In this document: positions 47,948 to 61,211 of the stretch, piece by piece
Position numbering within the stretch: the stretch's first letter is position 1
Layout of the letters: every line of letters begins with the position of its first letter
Source: Phoronis australis
Lineage: Eukaryota > Animalia > Phoronida
NCBI GenBank assembly: GCA_002633005.1
Contig: NMRA01000111.1
Location: 800,656 to 864,655, forward strand
DNA length: 64,000 bases
Reading direction: 5' to 3'
Notes under the pieces: generated by a model
Told to the model about the DNA's origin: nothing
The model's input: only the letters and a program-made list of their open reading frames with translations
The model's database searches: none
Made by a program: the position numbers and the translations under genes

Positions 47948-50202
47948 CGCTGGTTTTTAGACGAAACCACACTATACTCACTGCTAATCAACGAGCGACA
48001 GCGAAAACTCGTGTTCACTGGAATGGGCTTAACAGAATTGATAGTGTTGAAACGATGAATCGTATTTGCTAATCATGAGAGATTGGGAAAATTGACCAAT
48101 CGTAAGCTCTGTTACAAAATCGAACGATTACTGGTGGCCGAGGTCACTTTAAGTGGGTCACTTTCCGGTCACTTTGCCGGCCGGGTCATAGGCTACCCCG
48201 GGTATACCGCAAAATCCGTTGTTCCAGTATTTTGCCGGCTATAGCTGTGTGGAATTAAGAAGAATTACTGAAGTTATGAACATCCACTCAAATGCGATTA
48301 AAACTGAAAAACCGGGTCACAGGTTCAAAGCACTGAATAATCACTGAGTTGTCCGTCATATCGGGGTCAGGCCAACGGCGCACCCGCGACTCATGGGGGG
48401 GTCCTTTTCTTATAGGCCTATTAAAAAGTTCCCGTGTTTAAAATTGCACATTGTCATAGAATTCGCAAAATGTTAGAGCGTCATGATGTAGCAGGAAACG
48501 TGCAAAAAGTGACGGATCCACTGAAATAGACTAAGCCTAGTAGGCTAAGCTTTTTTAAAATGACATGTCACCTTGAAATGAGCCCGATTGCCGCCGGTGA
48601 GTGCCCGGCTAGAATTTGCGGGACTATATTTATTTACAAATACCTGGACCGTTTTGGTGTTGATACTAAACAAGTGTCGCATTAGGTTTTCAAGCTGTTT
48701 CAACCTAACGAGGCCCCAGGCTGCCAAGTTTTTGGCCAGCAGCGGAAAAACTGTGGTCACGGCTAATTATAGGGACCCTGCGCTGAGGAGTGGGTTGTCG
48801 ACTATCAGACCAGAGATGGACATTCCATATCACAATCAGGGCTATTTATACTAGCATGCAACTTGAGTGTGCGGACTAGCCTGGGTATAACAATTTAATA
48901 TTGGTCAAAAGTATCAGAACGGTTATTCACAAGATGATATTTTATTTTCCGGCCAATTGCAGGCGCGGATTTAGAGGGGGGCCTGGGGTGTTGGAGTTTT
49001 TCTATTCCAAAAACCATAATGTTCAAGATCTTTCTGTACAAATAATAGAAAAACTCCGGTACCCCTCACAGACTCAAAAGAGAACGATATTGGATAGAAA
49101 AGCTCAATACACTAGAACCTCATGGATTAAACATAAAAACTTCTTAACTATCATTGAATTTTTTCGCAACAATGTATCATATTCATTACGCCACACCTTA
49201 AATGTCAGTTGTCATATTGTGTTGGATTTTATTTTATTTCTGGTGACGAAAGACATTATTATATCCGAAAATTTCAGTTGATCCATTCTTGTTGTTTTAT
49301 TTACCTATTTATATTCTACATTTCGTGAAACAATAGTATCCTTGGGAGGATCTGGATCGCTTTATTTAGTTTCAGATTTATTTTCTACGTTATATTTCAA
49401 CGTAATAAATGCGCGAGGGAAGTACTTTCGGGCACCTTTCATATCCACATTCGCAATAAGCTATACGCTTTTATAATAGTTCCTTGCGCCGAGAAGTTAT
49501 GTGATGAAGGAATTATCGACAAGGGGCTTAATTGCAATGGAAAATAAACCGGAACGAAAATTCTTATCTACTACATAACATCGTACGTGTAACAACGAAT
49601 GTACTAGATATTCAAATTACAATATTAAGAAAAAAGAAAATAACAAGTTCTTGTGTTTTACCGAGTCGAAAAAACACTGTAACAGGAACCAGTTTGTAAG
49701 TGAAAGGATTTTGTTGAAATTCACAAATTCCACATCAAAAAGTTTCAGCTAAATTTTTGTGTAAATAAGATTTCAATTGCAAGTACTCATGACGTGAGCA
49801 AAAAAATTGATGAAATTCAAGTTACGTATTCATTTTGATTGAAAGCAGAGACCGAAACGTCTTTGTTGTAGGGTTCAAGAACATAAATCGGAATAGCTTA
49901 GAAGCAAGTTGCCGCCTTAAATTTAATACCCCGAAGTTTTTAATTGTTAGTTAAACATAAGGAAGCATTTGCTAAAAATATCAAACTTAACAGAAGCGAG
50001 ATATTTGCTAGGCGAAGAAATTGTACTTTTGTTACCTACGTTTACGTTCAGAAGTGGCAGACCTCAGTGATTTTTGCCTAGTAGTAACAACCGCCGTACT
50101 AATCATTTTTGTTTTAGGCCTGAGGCCTAAGCCAGTGCGGTGCCGCCACAACCTCTACTTACTTGGTCAATAGCTTGTCAAGTCTCGCTGTCGTCACGAG
50201 GA

Positions 50203-53200
50203 CCGTAGTTATGATGATCTTCGGGCCTATTGTGTGGAATGTCGCATTTGCGATGGCTTCAAGGCAATCACGTACACTCAGGCTAAAATAAATTGAAACA
50301 TCGTGTCGTAAAACTGGCTGTGGGGCTTTTGAAATCAAAACTTTCGTGAAAATCTAACTTAGGGCCATTTTCAACCAAATAATAATTAGAGAAATATTAT
50401 CAAAATTTAATAGTTGCGCAGGTTTCTGTTCAGCTGCACCCGTTTGCCTGGGTCACGCAACTCTTGCAACACGTACACGTAAAACACATCTCGGCGTATT
50501 GTACACAGGGGAACAATCTGCGCCCTGTTTGAGGAGGATCAGCATTCATTACAGACGTCACTTTTGTGACACGAGCCACAATAGGTTCTCTACAAAAATG
50601 ATCCTTTGGACTATTTGAGTATTACGGTAGCCCAAGGATGACATCGCACGTTTCTCTTAATTATCTCAGGATCAGTGGTGCATGACTCTATGACCATATT
50701 GCTGCCCTGGCATCCAGGTATTTGTCAGTCTTTGAAACCAATTACACCATAAGTCTGAATAATCTGTTACTGCGCGCGACCCCTAAAGATTTTGTTTTTA
50801 AGCCAAAAAAACTAGTAGTACCAACTGCAGTTTTTAGCACTGAGAAAGAGTGACTTATCTTTAATATCAGGCACAAAAATCTGTTGTGGAGTACTAATAA
50901 ATCTAACTTCTGCCCTTTCTTGAGATCATATTATCTGGACTCTAGTGCTGATAGATGGAAGTTCTAAACATACGTTGTCATGTTTTGTTAATTGCTTTGA
51001 TGCGTCTTGTTAGCCTTAGACTACTGACAGTGTGTGTCCGTTGTATATGGGCTTATTTACTTGTCCTGATGATACCGATGTATGAGACACCAAAACTTGT
51101 TAAAGTTGAAAATTTCGTTGCTTTCATTAATATTGTCACTTTCCTTTCTTCGTTGAGACCATAAGTGTTATACCCGCTTTCACACCAAATAGAACTCTCG
51201 CGTGCTTTTGCAAGCATTGAAAGTTGAGTCATCGATCTTTTCGTTGAAAAAATTTCCAGTGCAACTGACATTTTAATTATTTCATAAGGTAATATGCCCA
51301 TCACATTGTCACGTCTCAGAAATATATGATTTAAGGGGTACGATTGAAAAGGTGAACTTGTGTAAAATTATTCTTTCGGAATACAGCAGTAGCCGGCGTC
51401 AGCCAAGAGCTATATTACAGTTTTGCTCGGAGTGGTACTCAGCTATTCGGCAAGGATGCCGTTGAATAGTACCTTACAGCATTTATCTTCTTGCAGAACA
51501 TATATGCCCGGTCTACAGCCCATATACGTATGTGCACAATACAAAGTTACATGATCATCTGCTACGTCTTTCAATACTGGCAGTGTCACATACAGTGTAC
51601 GTATCTGCCAGTGTAACATTTTTTGTTCCCGTTAAATTTTGACTGCGGCCCCTCGTGAGTTTCTGATTGTTATTATATCCTTGTCCAAATGAGGCCGACA
51701 ATTCCAAACTGGCTTTTTTAGTGGAACTTTTCTAATTTGTGTAGTCACGGTTTTTGTTTGGTCTTCATTCACCGACAGGTCAATCCCGTTGATTGCCATG
51801 AGCCCCCAGGTTGCCGGCCCTCCTGTCCACCCCTTCTCGACGACCCGGACCATATGCATACAATTTAGTTTGCAAAGTGTTTTTATCCAAACTACTTGGA
51901 GTATTCGTTGTGAATTAGCTTGAAACTGACCGCGAGACTGATACAAATGAATTGAGGCCGGTGGGCACTTGAAANCCGTAGTTATGATGATCTTCGGGCC
52001 TATTGTGTGGAATGTCGCATTTGCGATGGCTTCAAGGCAATCACGTACACTCAGGCTAAAATAAATTGAAACATCGTGTCGTAAAACTGGCTGTGGGGCT
52101 TTTGAAATCAAAACTTTCATGAAAATCTAACTTAGGGCCATTTTCAACCAAATAATAATTAGAGAAATATTATCAAAATTTAATAGTTGCGCAGGTTTCT
52201 GTTCAGCTGCACCCGTCTGCCTGAGTCACGCAACTCTTGCAACACGTACACGTAAAACACATCTCGGCGTATTGTACACAGGGGAACAATCTGCGCCCTG
52301 TTTGAGGAGGGTCAGCATTCATTACAGACGTCACTTTTGTGACACGAGCCACAATAGGTTCTCTACAAAAATGATCCTTTGGACTATTTGAGTATTACGG
52401 TAGCCCAAGGATGTCATCGCACGTTTCTTTTAATTATCTCAGGATCAGTGGTGCATGACTCTATGACCATATTGCTGCCCTGGCATCCGGGTATTTGTCA
52501 GTCTTTGAAACCAATTACACCATAAGTCCGAATAATCTGTTACTGCGCGCGACCCCTAAAGATTTTGTTTTTAAGCCAAAAAAACTAGTAGTACCAACTG
52601 CAGTTTTTAGCACTGAGAAAGAGTGACTTATCTTTAATATCAGGCACAAAAATCTGTTGTGGAGTACTAATAAATCTAAGTTCTGCCCTTTCTTGAGATC
52701 ATATTATCTGGACTCTAGTGCTGATAGATGGAAGTTCTAAACATACGTTGTCATGTTTTGTTAATTGCTTTGATGCGTCTTGTTAGCCTTAGACTACTTT
52801 CAGTGTGGGTCCGTTGTATATGGCCTTATTTACTTGTCCTGATGATACCGATGTATGAGACACCAAAACTTGTTGAAGTTGAAAATTTCGTTGCTTTTAT
52901 TAATATTGTCCCTTTCTTCGTTGAGACCATAAGTGTTATACCCGCTTTCACACCAAATAGAACTCTCGCGTGTTTTTGCAAGCATTGAAAGTTGAGTCAT
53001 CGATCTTTTCGTTGAAAAAATTTCCAGTGCAACTGGCATTTTAATTATTTCATAAGGTAATATGTCCATCACATTGTGCAAATGTGCCTGATTAATCAGT
53101 GGTTTGCTTATTGTACTTTGGGCCAGAGGCCTTCAATACAAATACAAATAAACTACACGTAAACTACACATGTCCATCACATTGTCACGTCTCAGAAATA

Positions 53201-53858
53201 GATGATTTAAGGGGTACGATTGAAAAGGTGAACTTGTGTAAAATTATTCTTTCGGAATACAGCAGTAGCCGGCGTCAGCCAAGAGCTTTAATATTACAGT
53301 TTTGCTCGGATGGTACTCAGCTATTCGGCAAGGATGCCGTTGAATAGTACCTTAGAGCATTTATCTTCTTGCAGAACATATGCCCGGTCTACAGCCCATA
53401 TACGTATGTGCACAATACAAAGTTACATGATCATCTGCTACGTCTTTCAATACTGGCAGTGTCACATACAGTGTACGTATGCTGCCAGTGTAACATTTTT
53501 TGTTCCCGTTAAATTTTGACTGCGGCCCCTTGTGAGTTTCTAATTGCTGTTATATCCTTGTCCAAATGAGGCCGACAATTCCAAACTGGCTTTTTAGTGG
53601 AACTTTTCTAATTTGTGTAGTCACGGTTTTTGTTTGTTGGTCTTCACCCGGCCCGCACTGAGGTCAATCCCGTTGATTGCCATGAGCCCCCAGGTTGTGG
53701 GCCCTCCTGTCCACCCCTTCTCGACGACCCGGACCATATGCATACAATTTAGTTTGCAAAGTGTTTTTATCCAAACTACTTGGAGTATTCGTTGTGAATT
53801 AGCTTGAAACTGACCGCGAGACTGATACAAATGAATTGAGGCCGGTGGGCACTTGAAA
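50203..53858. repeat. ~1.8-kb near-identical direct duplication (50203-51974 / 51976-53858) across a single N
   Basis: Both copies start CCGTAGTTATGATGATCTTCGGG and end GGGCACTTGAAA. They differ by SNPs and small indels, and the junction is the N at 51975. Confidence 0.92.
53078..53169 (+). mobile_element. 92-bp 5'-truncated retroelement-like insertion with 16-bp TSD
   Basis: ATGTCCATCACATTGT is duplicated at 53062-53077 and 53170-53185. The insert ends ...AATAAACTACACGTAAACTACAC and is absent from the other copy (~51293). Confidence 0.7.
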
Positions 53859-53871
53859 CACAACAGTACAC

Positions 53872-53980
53872 TAGATCCCGAGTTAATGAAGTCGGGATCC
53901 CGAGATAATAAATTCAGGATATCGAGATCCTGAGATTCCTAGACAATTAAAACGAGATCTTGAGATCCTGAGATAATTAA
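53872..53980. repeat. Short GAGATCC[C/T]GAG repeat cluster upstream of TXNDC15
   Basis: GATCCCGAG/GATCCTGAG/GATCTTGAG recurs about 5-6 times. Confidence 0.55.
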
Positions 53981-54122
53981 AAAAGAAACGCGCGATGTCA
54001 TCCGATCTTAGGGCAATCGAGACGGTACTCAGCGCATCGCAGCTTTTTATTTAGCGGCCACTAGAGGCGCTAGCAACACACTTCCGTTCTGCAGTTCCAT
54101 CCGAAGTGTGAAGTGGGTGATT

Positions 54123-57100
54123 ATGTCAAGGAGGTTGAATGCATTTGTTCGGTTGTTTCTTTTAGTATCAGTTTTAAATGGTACGTTTCTAGCTATCTGT
54201 TGTTTTTGTTTGTCGTGTAGTTACCATGTGGGCTCAGTTTCCTCTAACTGATGTTTTCTTGGCCCTGTTAATGCTAGCCCTACTTGGCCTGGGCCTAGGC
54301 CCTGGCCTAGGCAATGACCATCGCCTCTGTTGGCCCGAACCAGAGGCGATGCAGAGGCTATAGGCGCTCTGTACGCCGGAAGCTTTTCGGCGAATTATGC
54401 CTCGCACCGACTAAACCATCAAAGTCACGTTGTTATAAATACCTTTTGCGCATAGAGGAACACCTTAGGAGGTTGTCGATGTGTTTAAATCCTTCCAACT
54501 CGAACAAATACTCCCGTTATGAAACTTTTTCTTCGAGCAGTCCCTATTTCACTTCCCAAAATCGTGAAATCAACATTTTCATTTTTTTAACCAGGCCGAA
54601 GGTCAGAAGTGCGAACCTACCGGCGAACTTTGAAAGCTGAAGTTCCCACCCTTCGCGTACGTGCTGCCGGGAACCAGCCGTGAATTTGCCGCGTTGTTAA
54701 ACTTTAAAATGTCAAATATGTGCACAAAGACTATTTTAAAAATGTCACATCAACAGCATTTATTTTTATCAAATACAAACAATAATTCATTGAAATACAA
54801 CCAGTTTCAAGTAACGCCAGTTAAAGACAAGTATAAGTGGTGGCATTTTGGAAACGAACATTTGACTGAAAAGAACACAATGGCTCACCTTTGGCCTATT
54901 TAAAGATTGAGGTCATGAAGTCACATCACCTAGCGAGCGTGGTAAAAATTGGAGCATGCGCAGTATAAAAATGGTGAGTTCACGATTTTGGGAACTGAAA
55001 TAGGGACTGCTCGAAGAAAAAGTTTGATAATGGGAGTATTTGTTCGAGGTTGAAGGAATTAAACACATCGACAACCTCCTCAGGTGTTCCTCTATGCGCA
55101 AAAGGTATTTATAACAACGTGACTCTGATGGTTTAGTCGGTGCGAGGCATAATTCGCCAAAAAGGTTCCGGCGTACAGAGCGCCTATAGCCTCTGCATCG
55201 CCTCTGGTTCGGGCCAACAGAGGCGATGGTCATTGCCTAGGGTTGCCTGAGCTGAGTGCTTTATTTAGGGTTACCGTTTGGTAAACTAACTCTGGCCTAA
55301 CTCCTAATTGTTATTGTGTTTAAGAGCTGAGTATTGGCTAGGTTGCCTTTGGCTTTGATCGGATTAGTAGCAACTGGCCCTAGACTAGAGACGATAGCCA
55401 TCCCGTAGCTTTTCGGTAAATTGTGCCTCACAGTGACACCAACTGCCACCTATAAAGCTTACTCCTAAGCCTAAGTTGTCCCTCTGTGGGCAAAAGGTAC
55501 TTATAGAAGGCTTTGGTAGTTTCATTAGTGCAAAGCATAATTTGCTGAAAAAGCTTCTGGCGTATGGAGGGCCTACTGTATGCCTATGGGAAGTCTCTGC
55601 TGCGGCTAGTGAGATGGTGGTACTGTCTAGTGGGATTCTTTAAGTTTGATTGAACAATGTGGAGATGTGGGTAAAAGTTAGCCAAATAAAAGGTGACACA
55701 AAATTAATGTCATTAAAAATTACGATATATATACTTTTGTCCTTCAGTAAGCTAAATCTAGTTGGTAATGATTTAGCATTCTTCTTTTCTTCAGTTATCC
55801 TGCTTCTAACTTGACCATGGTATCATCACCGTATGCTTGAGCTTTCAGAGTGTGCATAGAGTTCACAACAAATTACCGGAATTGTTTTGACTTTGTTATA
55901 AGTTTGTAGTTTTTATCAGTAAACCAAATTTCTGAACAAATTTTTGCTTCTGGCGAAGTTATCGTCAAAATTCGAAAGATGTCTGAAAATTTAGCAAGTG
56001 GTGCGTGTCATGATAGTGCTGATTTCAAGTTGATGAAAGACTTTTCTTTGTTACAAAAGTCACAGTATGATGCCAGATAATGTCATGACAACGGCTGTAA
56101 ATGGCAAGATGAGTGTCAGTTGATTCCCATTGCATGCACACCATCCGGTCATTAGCTCTATTTCTTGATATAAATTCCACTTCCATGATGAAGAGACCTC
56201 AGAGCACTCAAGTTGTGTGAAATTTTGAGGTCTAAATAAAAATTACTCTCATCGATCAATAGCTGTATTTGATGCTAGTCTTCATACAGCTGGCCGGCTG
56301 GCTAACTTGAGCTTAGCCTAAACTTGAGGGGCCAAGGTTTGAGACTCAACATTGTCTCGAATCTGGCTCGAGCCAATACCAGTCAGGAAGACAGTAACTC
56401 TCACACGTACTGTCTGCTGTTTGACACACTTGTGAACCGAAATTTTCAATGAAATTTGCAATGGTTTACATTCACTGTTATTACCAAACATACCTGAATT
56501 ACAATAGAATCGGTCTCTGTTCACAGTCACATGACCCTTACAAATGTTTGCAGTTCCATAGTTTGTGACACTTAAAATTGGAGAATCTAGTTTTCAGAGC
56601 ATGTCTACTACCAAGCTGACATGTCTCTGCTGTGAGGGAATAAGCAGGTAGCTTGGAATTCAGGTGATTTTTGTAACCAAGTTCACAGTTAAAAAGTGGA
56701 TAACAATCTGAGGAAGTGCTCTTGTGAGGGAACTTTGATCTGGTAAATAGCTGCTTTGAACTCAGCTTGACATCTGGTCGATATTTATGTGAATTGTCAG
56801 TTACTGTAATTATGTTGAAATCACCACCCATTTCTTTATATTGAACATCAATAAAAATACCAGCCCATTGGACTACTGGCATAATTTTTAAATAAGTGCA
56901 CAGGCACAATGCTATCATTTAGGGTTTAGGTCTTTACTTTGAAGGCCCTTTATTCTGAAGAGCCTATACTGTGAAATGCATGTACTGAAGGCCCGTTACT
57001 TCAAAAAATGTTCATAGGGCCATTATTTCATGCATGTTTGTACTTTTTGCATGGTTGCCAATATTTCATGTCACTTGATGACCAAAAAGCGGGCTTGATT

Positions 57101-60100
57101 AATGTCAGTGTATTTACACCTTTCATCGGGGTAATTCACTTTAGATTCATGTTCCCTGAATTCAATCGAGACAGTCGTGTCGTGCTTTTTAAACCACTGT
57201 TGTCTCAAATTGTTGATATATCAGGTGTATCTAGTTTACCTATGGTTTGTATGTATATGGAAAGATGACTAACTTGTGTCTTTGCATTTACTAGATTTAT
57301 AGGTGTAATTAATAGAATGATACATATTTCAGTTCTTGGTTCTTCCTCTGCCCTTGAAGATTTGCCACCAGATTCCCAAAGCATTGCCAATGAAAGTCAC
57401 AAAGGTATTGGAACAAATGAAACTGAAGCGCTGACCACACATGACAAAACACGGGAGACAGTGTTGCAATCAAGGGGAGTATCTGTAAACTTTGAATTTT
57501 CGAAAGGCAAGCAAAATGATGAAAAACCTGACAGTGACTCAAATGCAGCCATTTTCAAAGAAGATGCTGTGCCAGGAAGTGCGGATGTTAACACAGACAA
57601 GGATATGTCTGACCAACCCACAGCAGAGTCCGTTTCTGACAGTGAATCGGAAGTGCAAAACAAAAAGTCATCTAAGAACAACAAGAGTTCTGTATTCTCA
57701 TTACAAGATATTATCAATAGCGTAATGACACCTGCTATCAGTAAAGTCCATGCTGTCTCTCAGGTGACAAATAACAGCTCTGATGTAAATTCATCAGTTG
57801 TCTTAAACTCAACTGGCGTCAATGGTACATCCAAGATAGAAAAGAACAAATTTTTGTGCATGCCTAGGAATGCTTCTGAAAACATTACTGCATTGGTGAA
57901 AATAGTCAACAGTTCTGAGCTAATACAAACATTGAACTTCAAAGAAGTGAATTCATCTGGTAACTGTGCCCTGGTTATGTTTTACGCCCCCTGGTGTATG
58001 TTTTGTGCGCGCACAGCACCTAGTTACAATGCAGTGGCAAGAGCTTTCCCACTGTTGATGGTGCTAGCTGTGGATGCCGTCCATTTTAACAGGTACATGT
58101 CACCATATCCCATAAAGGGTAGGGCCCTAGCCTTAGGTAACGCAATATCTTTCTTTTGTTCAGCTAACTGCCTGATACCTCGAAAAATTATGGAGCCATC
58201 TTCTTGCCATGGTGCTCATTTGACCTTCAAGTGAGCAATTTATGTGAATCAAAAAACATTTATTGCTCCAATTGCAAGAGTTGCAGCCAATCGATTGTTT
58301 TATCATTTGTGTAATGTACGTAGTATACCCAGGGACTATTAAACATACGCTCAAACCACTTGTGATGATGGGTGTAGTCATTTTCAAAAAAGAATTTGGT
58401 TGATTTGTCGAAGTCTGTGGCTCCTGCAGATGATTCTTACTTATATTGTCTGTTGCCGTTCAGTTGTGTCATTGTTAGATGCGTCTGAATTTAATTGACA
58501 TTTAAGAAGTCAATCACTAATTGAACTCGAATGAATGTCCTTCATCAAAAGCAGACTGATGTCAATCTCTTTAGTGCAAACAATTGTTGTCTTAGTAACT
58601 TTTATGTTTGACGTCTGATCACTGATATATTACTACGCACATTAAAAAGATTATTTGTCTTCGTCAAATACAAAAATAACTGTGGCCATGTTTGGAAGCT
58701 TACTAATTGGCATTATGATTTTGGCATCATTCATTTGTTTTCTGTTTATTTGTTAAAACCATGTTTGATTATTTCTTTCCATTTGATTTATGTAACATGT
58801 TTACAGTCTCAATGCAAGGTTTGGCACCGTGTCAGTTCCCAACATCCTCCTATTCCATAGCTCCAAAGCCGTGGTGAGGTTCAACCAAACTGATCGTAGT
58901 TTCCACAACCTTGTAGAGTTTGTTCACAAATATACAGGTGAGTAATCTTCATTCATGAGCATGTTGCAGATGGGTACTCGGGATTGACACGTACTGAATT
59001 CCAAATCCTTTATTTCTTTGAAGATGCATGTTGTGCTTTCATTTTGTAAGCTTGGTGCACACTCCAGGGCTGTGTTCTGTAGATACAAGCTATTGTGATT
59101 ATCACATGTCTCCTTTGTCTTGTGATCTTGCATTATCGCTAGGTTTTAGCATCCACTAAAAGCAGCTCAGTGCTTTGATTTTAATGTCAGTGGCTGTCCC
59201 AGACACTAGTTTGAACTTTCTTAACCAGTGATTGTAGGCTGAAATGTTGATTCCCTAGTATTTTGAAATTTGTTAGATTCTTGTGTGTTAACTGCCTTCT
59301 GAGACCACCTTTCAAAATTAAACTGCCTGTCGATGTTTTCTTTATCTTAATCAAGATTTGATGTAACAACAAATTTTATCAAGTTGGCAGCGTTACATCC
59401 CTGAATAAATAAAATTGTTTTGCAAAATCCAGATGATGGTTAATTTCTGTACAATATATGATAAACTTTTATTAACTAGGGTGACTTAAGAAGATCACTC
59501 TAATAATTGAAATAAAACCAGCCATTGGACCTGCAAAATGTGGTTAATTTGCAATCATGTTTTTATGCTCCCACATATTTGTATGCGGGTGCATATTGCC
59601 GTCATCTCTGTCTGGGTGTCCGGCGTCCGCAGCTGTATCTCCTAAACCCCTTGCAGGATCGTATTGAAATTTGGCAGGTGTGTTCCTATGGGGTTGACGA
59701 CAGAGGGAGATGAGTTTCGGACCGACCCGAATACCGCTGTGCCCCTAGTGGCAATTTTAGTTTTTTACGCTTACCTCTATATCTTCGGAAGTCCTCGACG
59801 TAGATTCATAAAATTTGGAATTTAGGCATCTGTTAGTAAAATGAATCTATCCTCTTGTTTTCGGATGGATTCTACCTAATTTGCGCCACCTAGTGGCCAT
59901 TTTTACTGTTTACGAGTCTGTTTTTTGGCGTCCACCCCTCTATCAACCAAACCGCTCGAAGGATGATGATTGTGAAAATTGGCATGTATGTGTTTACTAT
60001 GAAGAGAACAGTTGACGATGATTTTCCGACAATTTTGACTACTGTGGTGCCACCTAGTGGCAGTTTGTTTTTTTGTGCCTATTACTGTATCTCCTAAACG

Positions 60101-61211
60101 GTTCACAGGATCTCGAAATTTAGTAAGTGTATTTATATGAAGATAACAACAGACGACGACTTTCAGGCAGATCCAACGGACACTGTGCCCACTTGTGGCA
60201 ATTTCATTTTATTCTGTTTTCCTTTGTTTCTCGGAAGTTCCTTGACAGATTTTTATGAAATATGGCATGTTCTTGTTTTTGGATTAATTGTATGTTTTTG
60301 CACCATCTAGTGGCCATTTTTACGATACAGATAAACCCTAAAAGCACACCATTTGCAATGAATTTGTGGGTGCATTTCAACGCTCTGCGTTGCTCTTGTG
60401 AAATAACAATTCAACTCTCCTGTTTTTCATAGGCAGAAAAACGTATTGTGTGGATAACCTAGTTTTCAAAAAATAACGGCCACTGACATACTTCTGAGTT
60501 GAGTTGGACGAGATTTTCAAAAACTTTTTAATATCGTATCTGCATTGCAATAGTAGAAATTTGATGGTGTTAAATTGATGAATGGCAAGCTACATTCGGT
60601 GTGAAATAGTGATTAGCACAGAAGCAGAGGGGTAAATACCACATGATCAGAGAGGGAACTGTGAAATGGCTATTATTTATAATGGGAGACTTTCAAGAAG
60701 CAACATGGCGATTGATCACATGGGACAGATACTTGGGGCCTTTAGAGGACAAGGAGGCAATTTCACTTTCGTTTAAAGCGCATCATGTTAATGATGACAT
60801 ACATGTAGTGAAAGGGTCTTTTCACGAAGTCAAACATGTTCTCTTATGCCAGCCACTGTGGAGAAGTTTCTGCTGATACATCCAGGTGGTAATAAAGAGT
60901 CACCAGTCCCACATCGTCAGCTCTCACTGCTTCATGAAAGTCTCCTGTTAGAGTATGAATAGCTTGAGCACAAGACCAATGGTTCATTTGTTGTTTCAGG
61001 CCTCAAGCCAAATACTTCAATAGACATTTCTGATGATGACCTCAAGGGTCCGTTACCCAGTGTACCTAGCGATGACCCGGATAAATGGCTCTTCATATGT
61101 TGGCTGTTCATCATAACATTTGGAGGCTGGGTGTTTGCAAATTCTCAAACAGGACAGAACTTGTGGAGGACTATTACATCCTATGGGCATGAGCATATTC
61201 ATATTGATTAG
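54123..61211 (+). CDS. TXNDC15: Thioredoxin domain-containing protein 15, ~386 aa, 4 exons
   Basis: Exons 54123-54180 (signal peptide MSRRLNAFVRLFLLVSVLN), 57333-58092, 58807-58937 and 61000-61211; phases 1, 2, 1 are consistent. Motifs: VMFYAPWCMFCARTAPSYNAVARAFP, SLNARFGTVSVPNILLFH, RFNQTDR, GPLPS, then a C-terminal TM segment. Confidence 0.92.
54310..55237. mobile_element. 928-bp non-autonomous DNA transposon with ~270-bp TIRs, inserted at CTAG
   Basis: CTA|GGCAATGACCATCGCCTCTGTTGGCCCG ... CGGGCCAACAGAGGCGATGGTCATTGCC|TAG. The arms are near-identical, which produces the mirror ORFs 54314+ and 54913-. Confidence 0.9.
59560..60398. mobile_element. Helentron-like (HINE) element, complete, reverse orientation
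   Basis: TTTTATGCTCCCAC..hairpin..GCCGTCATCTC + GTCC tract at one end and GCATTTCAACGCTCTGCGTTGCTCTTGT at the other. Internal GCCCCTAGTGG / CCACCTAGTGG units. Confidence 0.8.

Noticed and set aside
50955-53863. Paired ORFs in the 1.8-kb duplication
   Set aside because: Frames are not preserved between copies (indels), and there are no domains or coherent splice structure.
54056-54086. CTCF-like CCACTAGAGGCGC and ETS-like ACTTCCG just upstream of TXNDC15
   Set aside because: The CTCF-like core is one base short of consensus, and single short motifs cannot be supported without data.
54314-55233. Two near-identical ORFs on opposite strands (MTIASVGPNQRR...)
   Set aside because: They are by-products of the element's long TIRs and show no protein motif.
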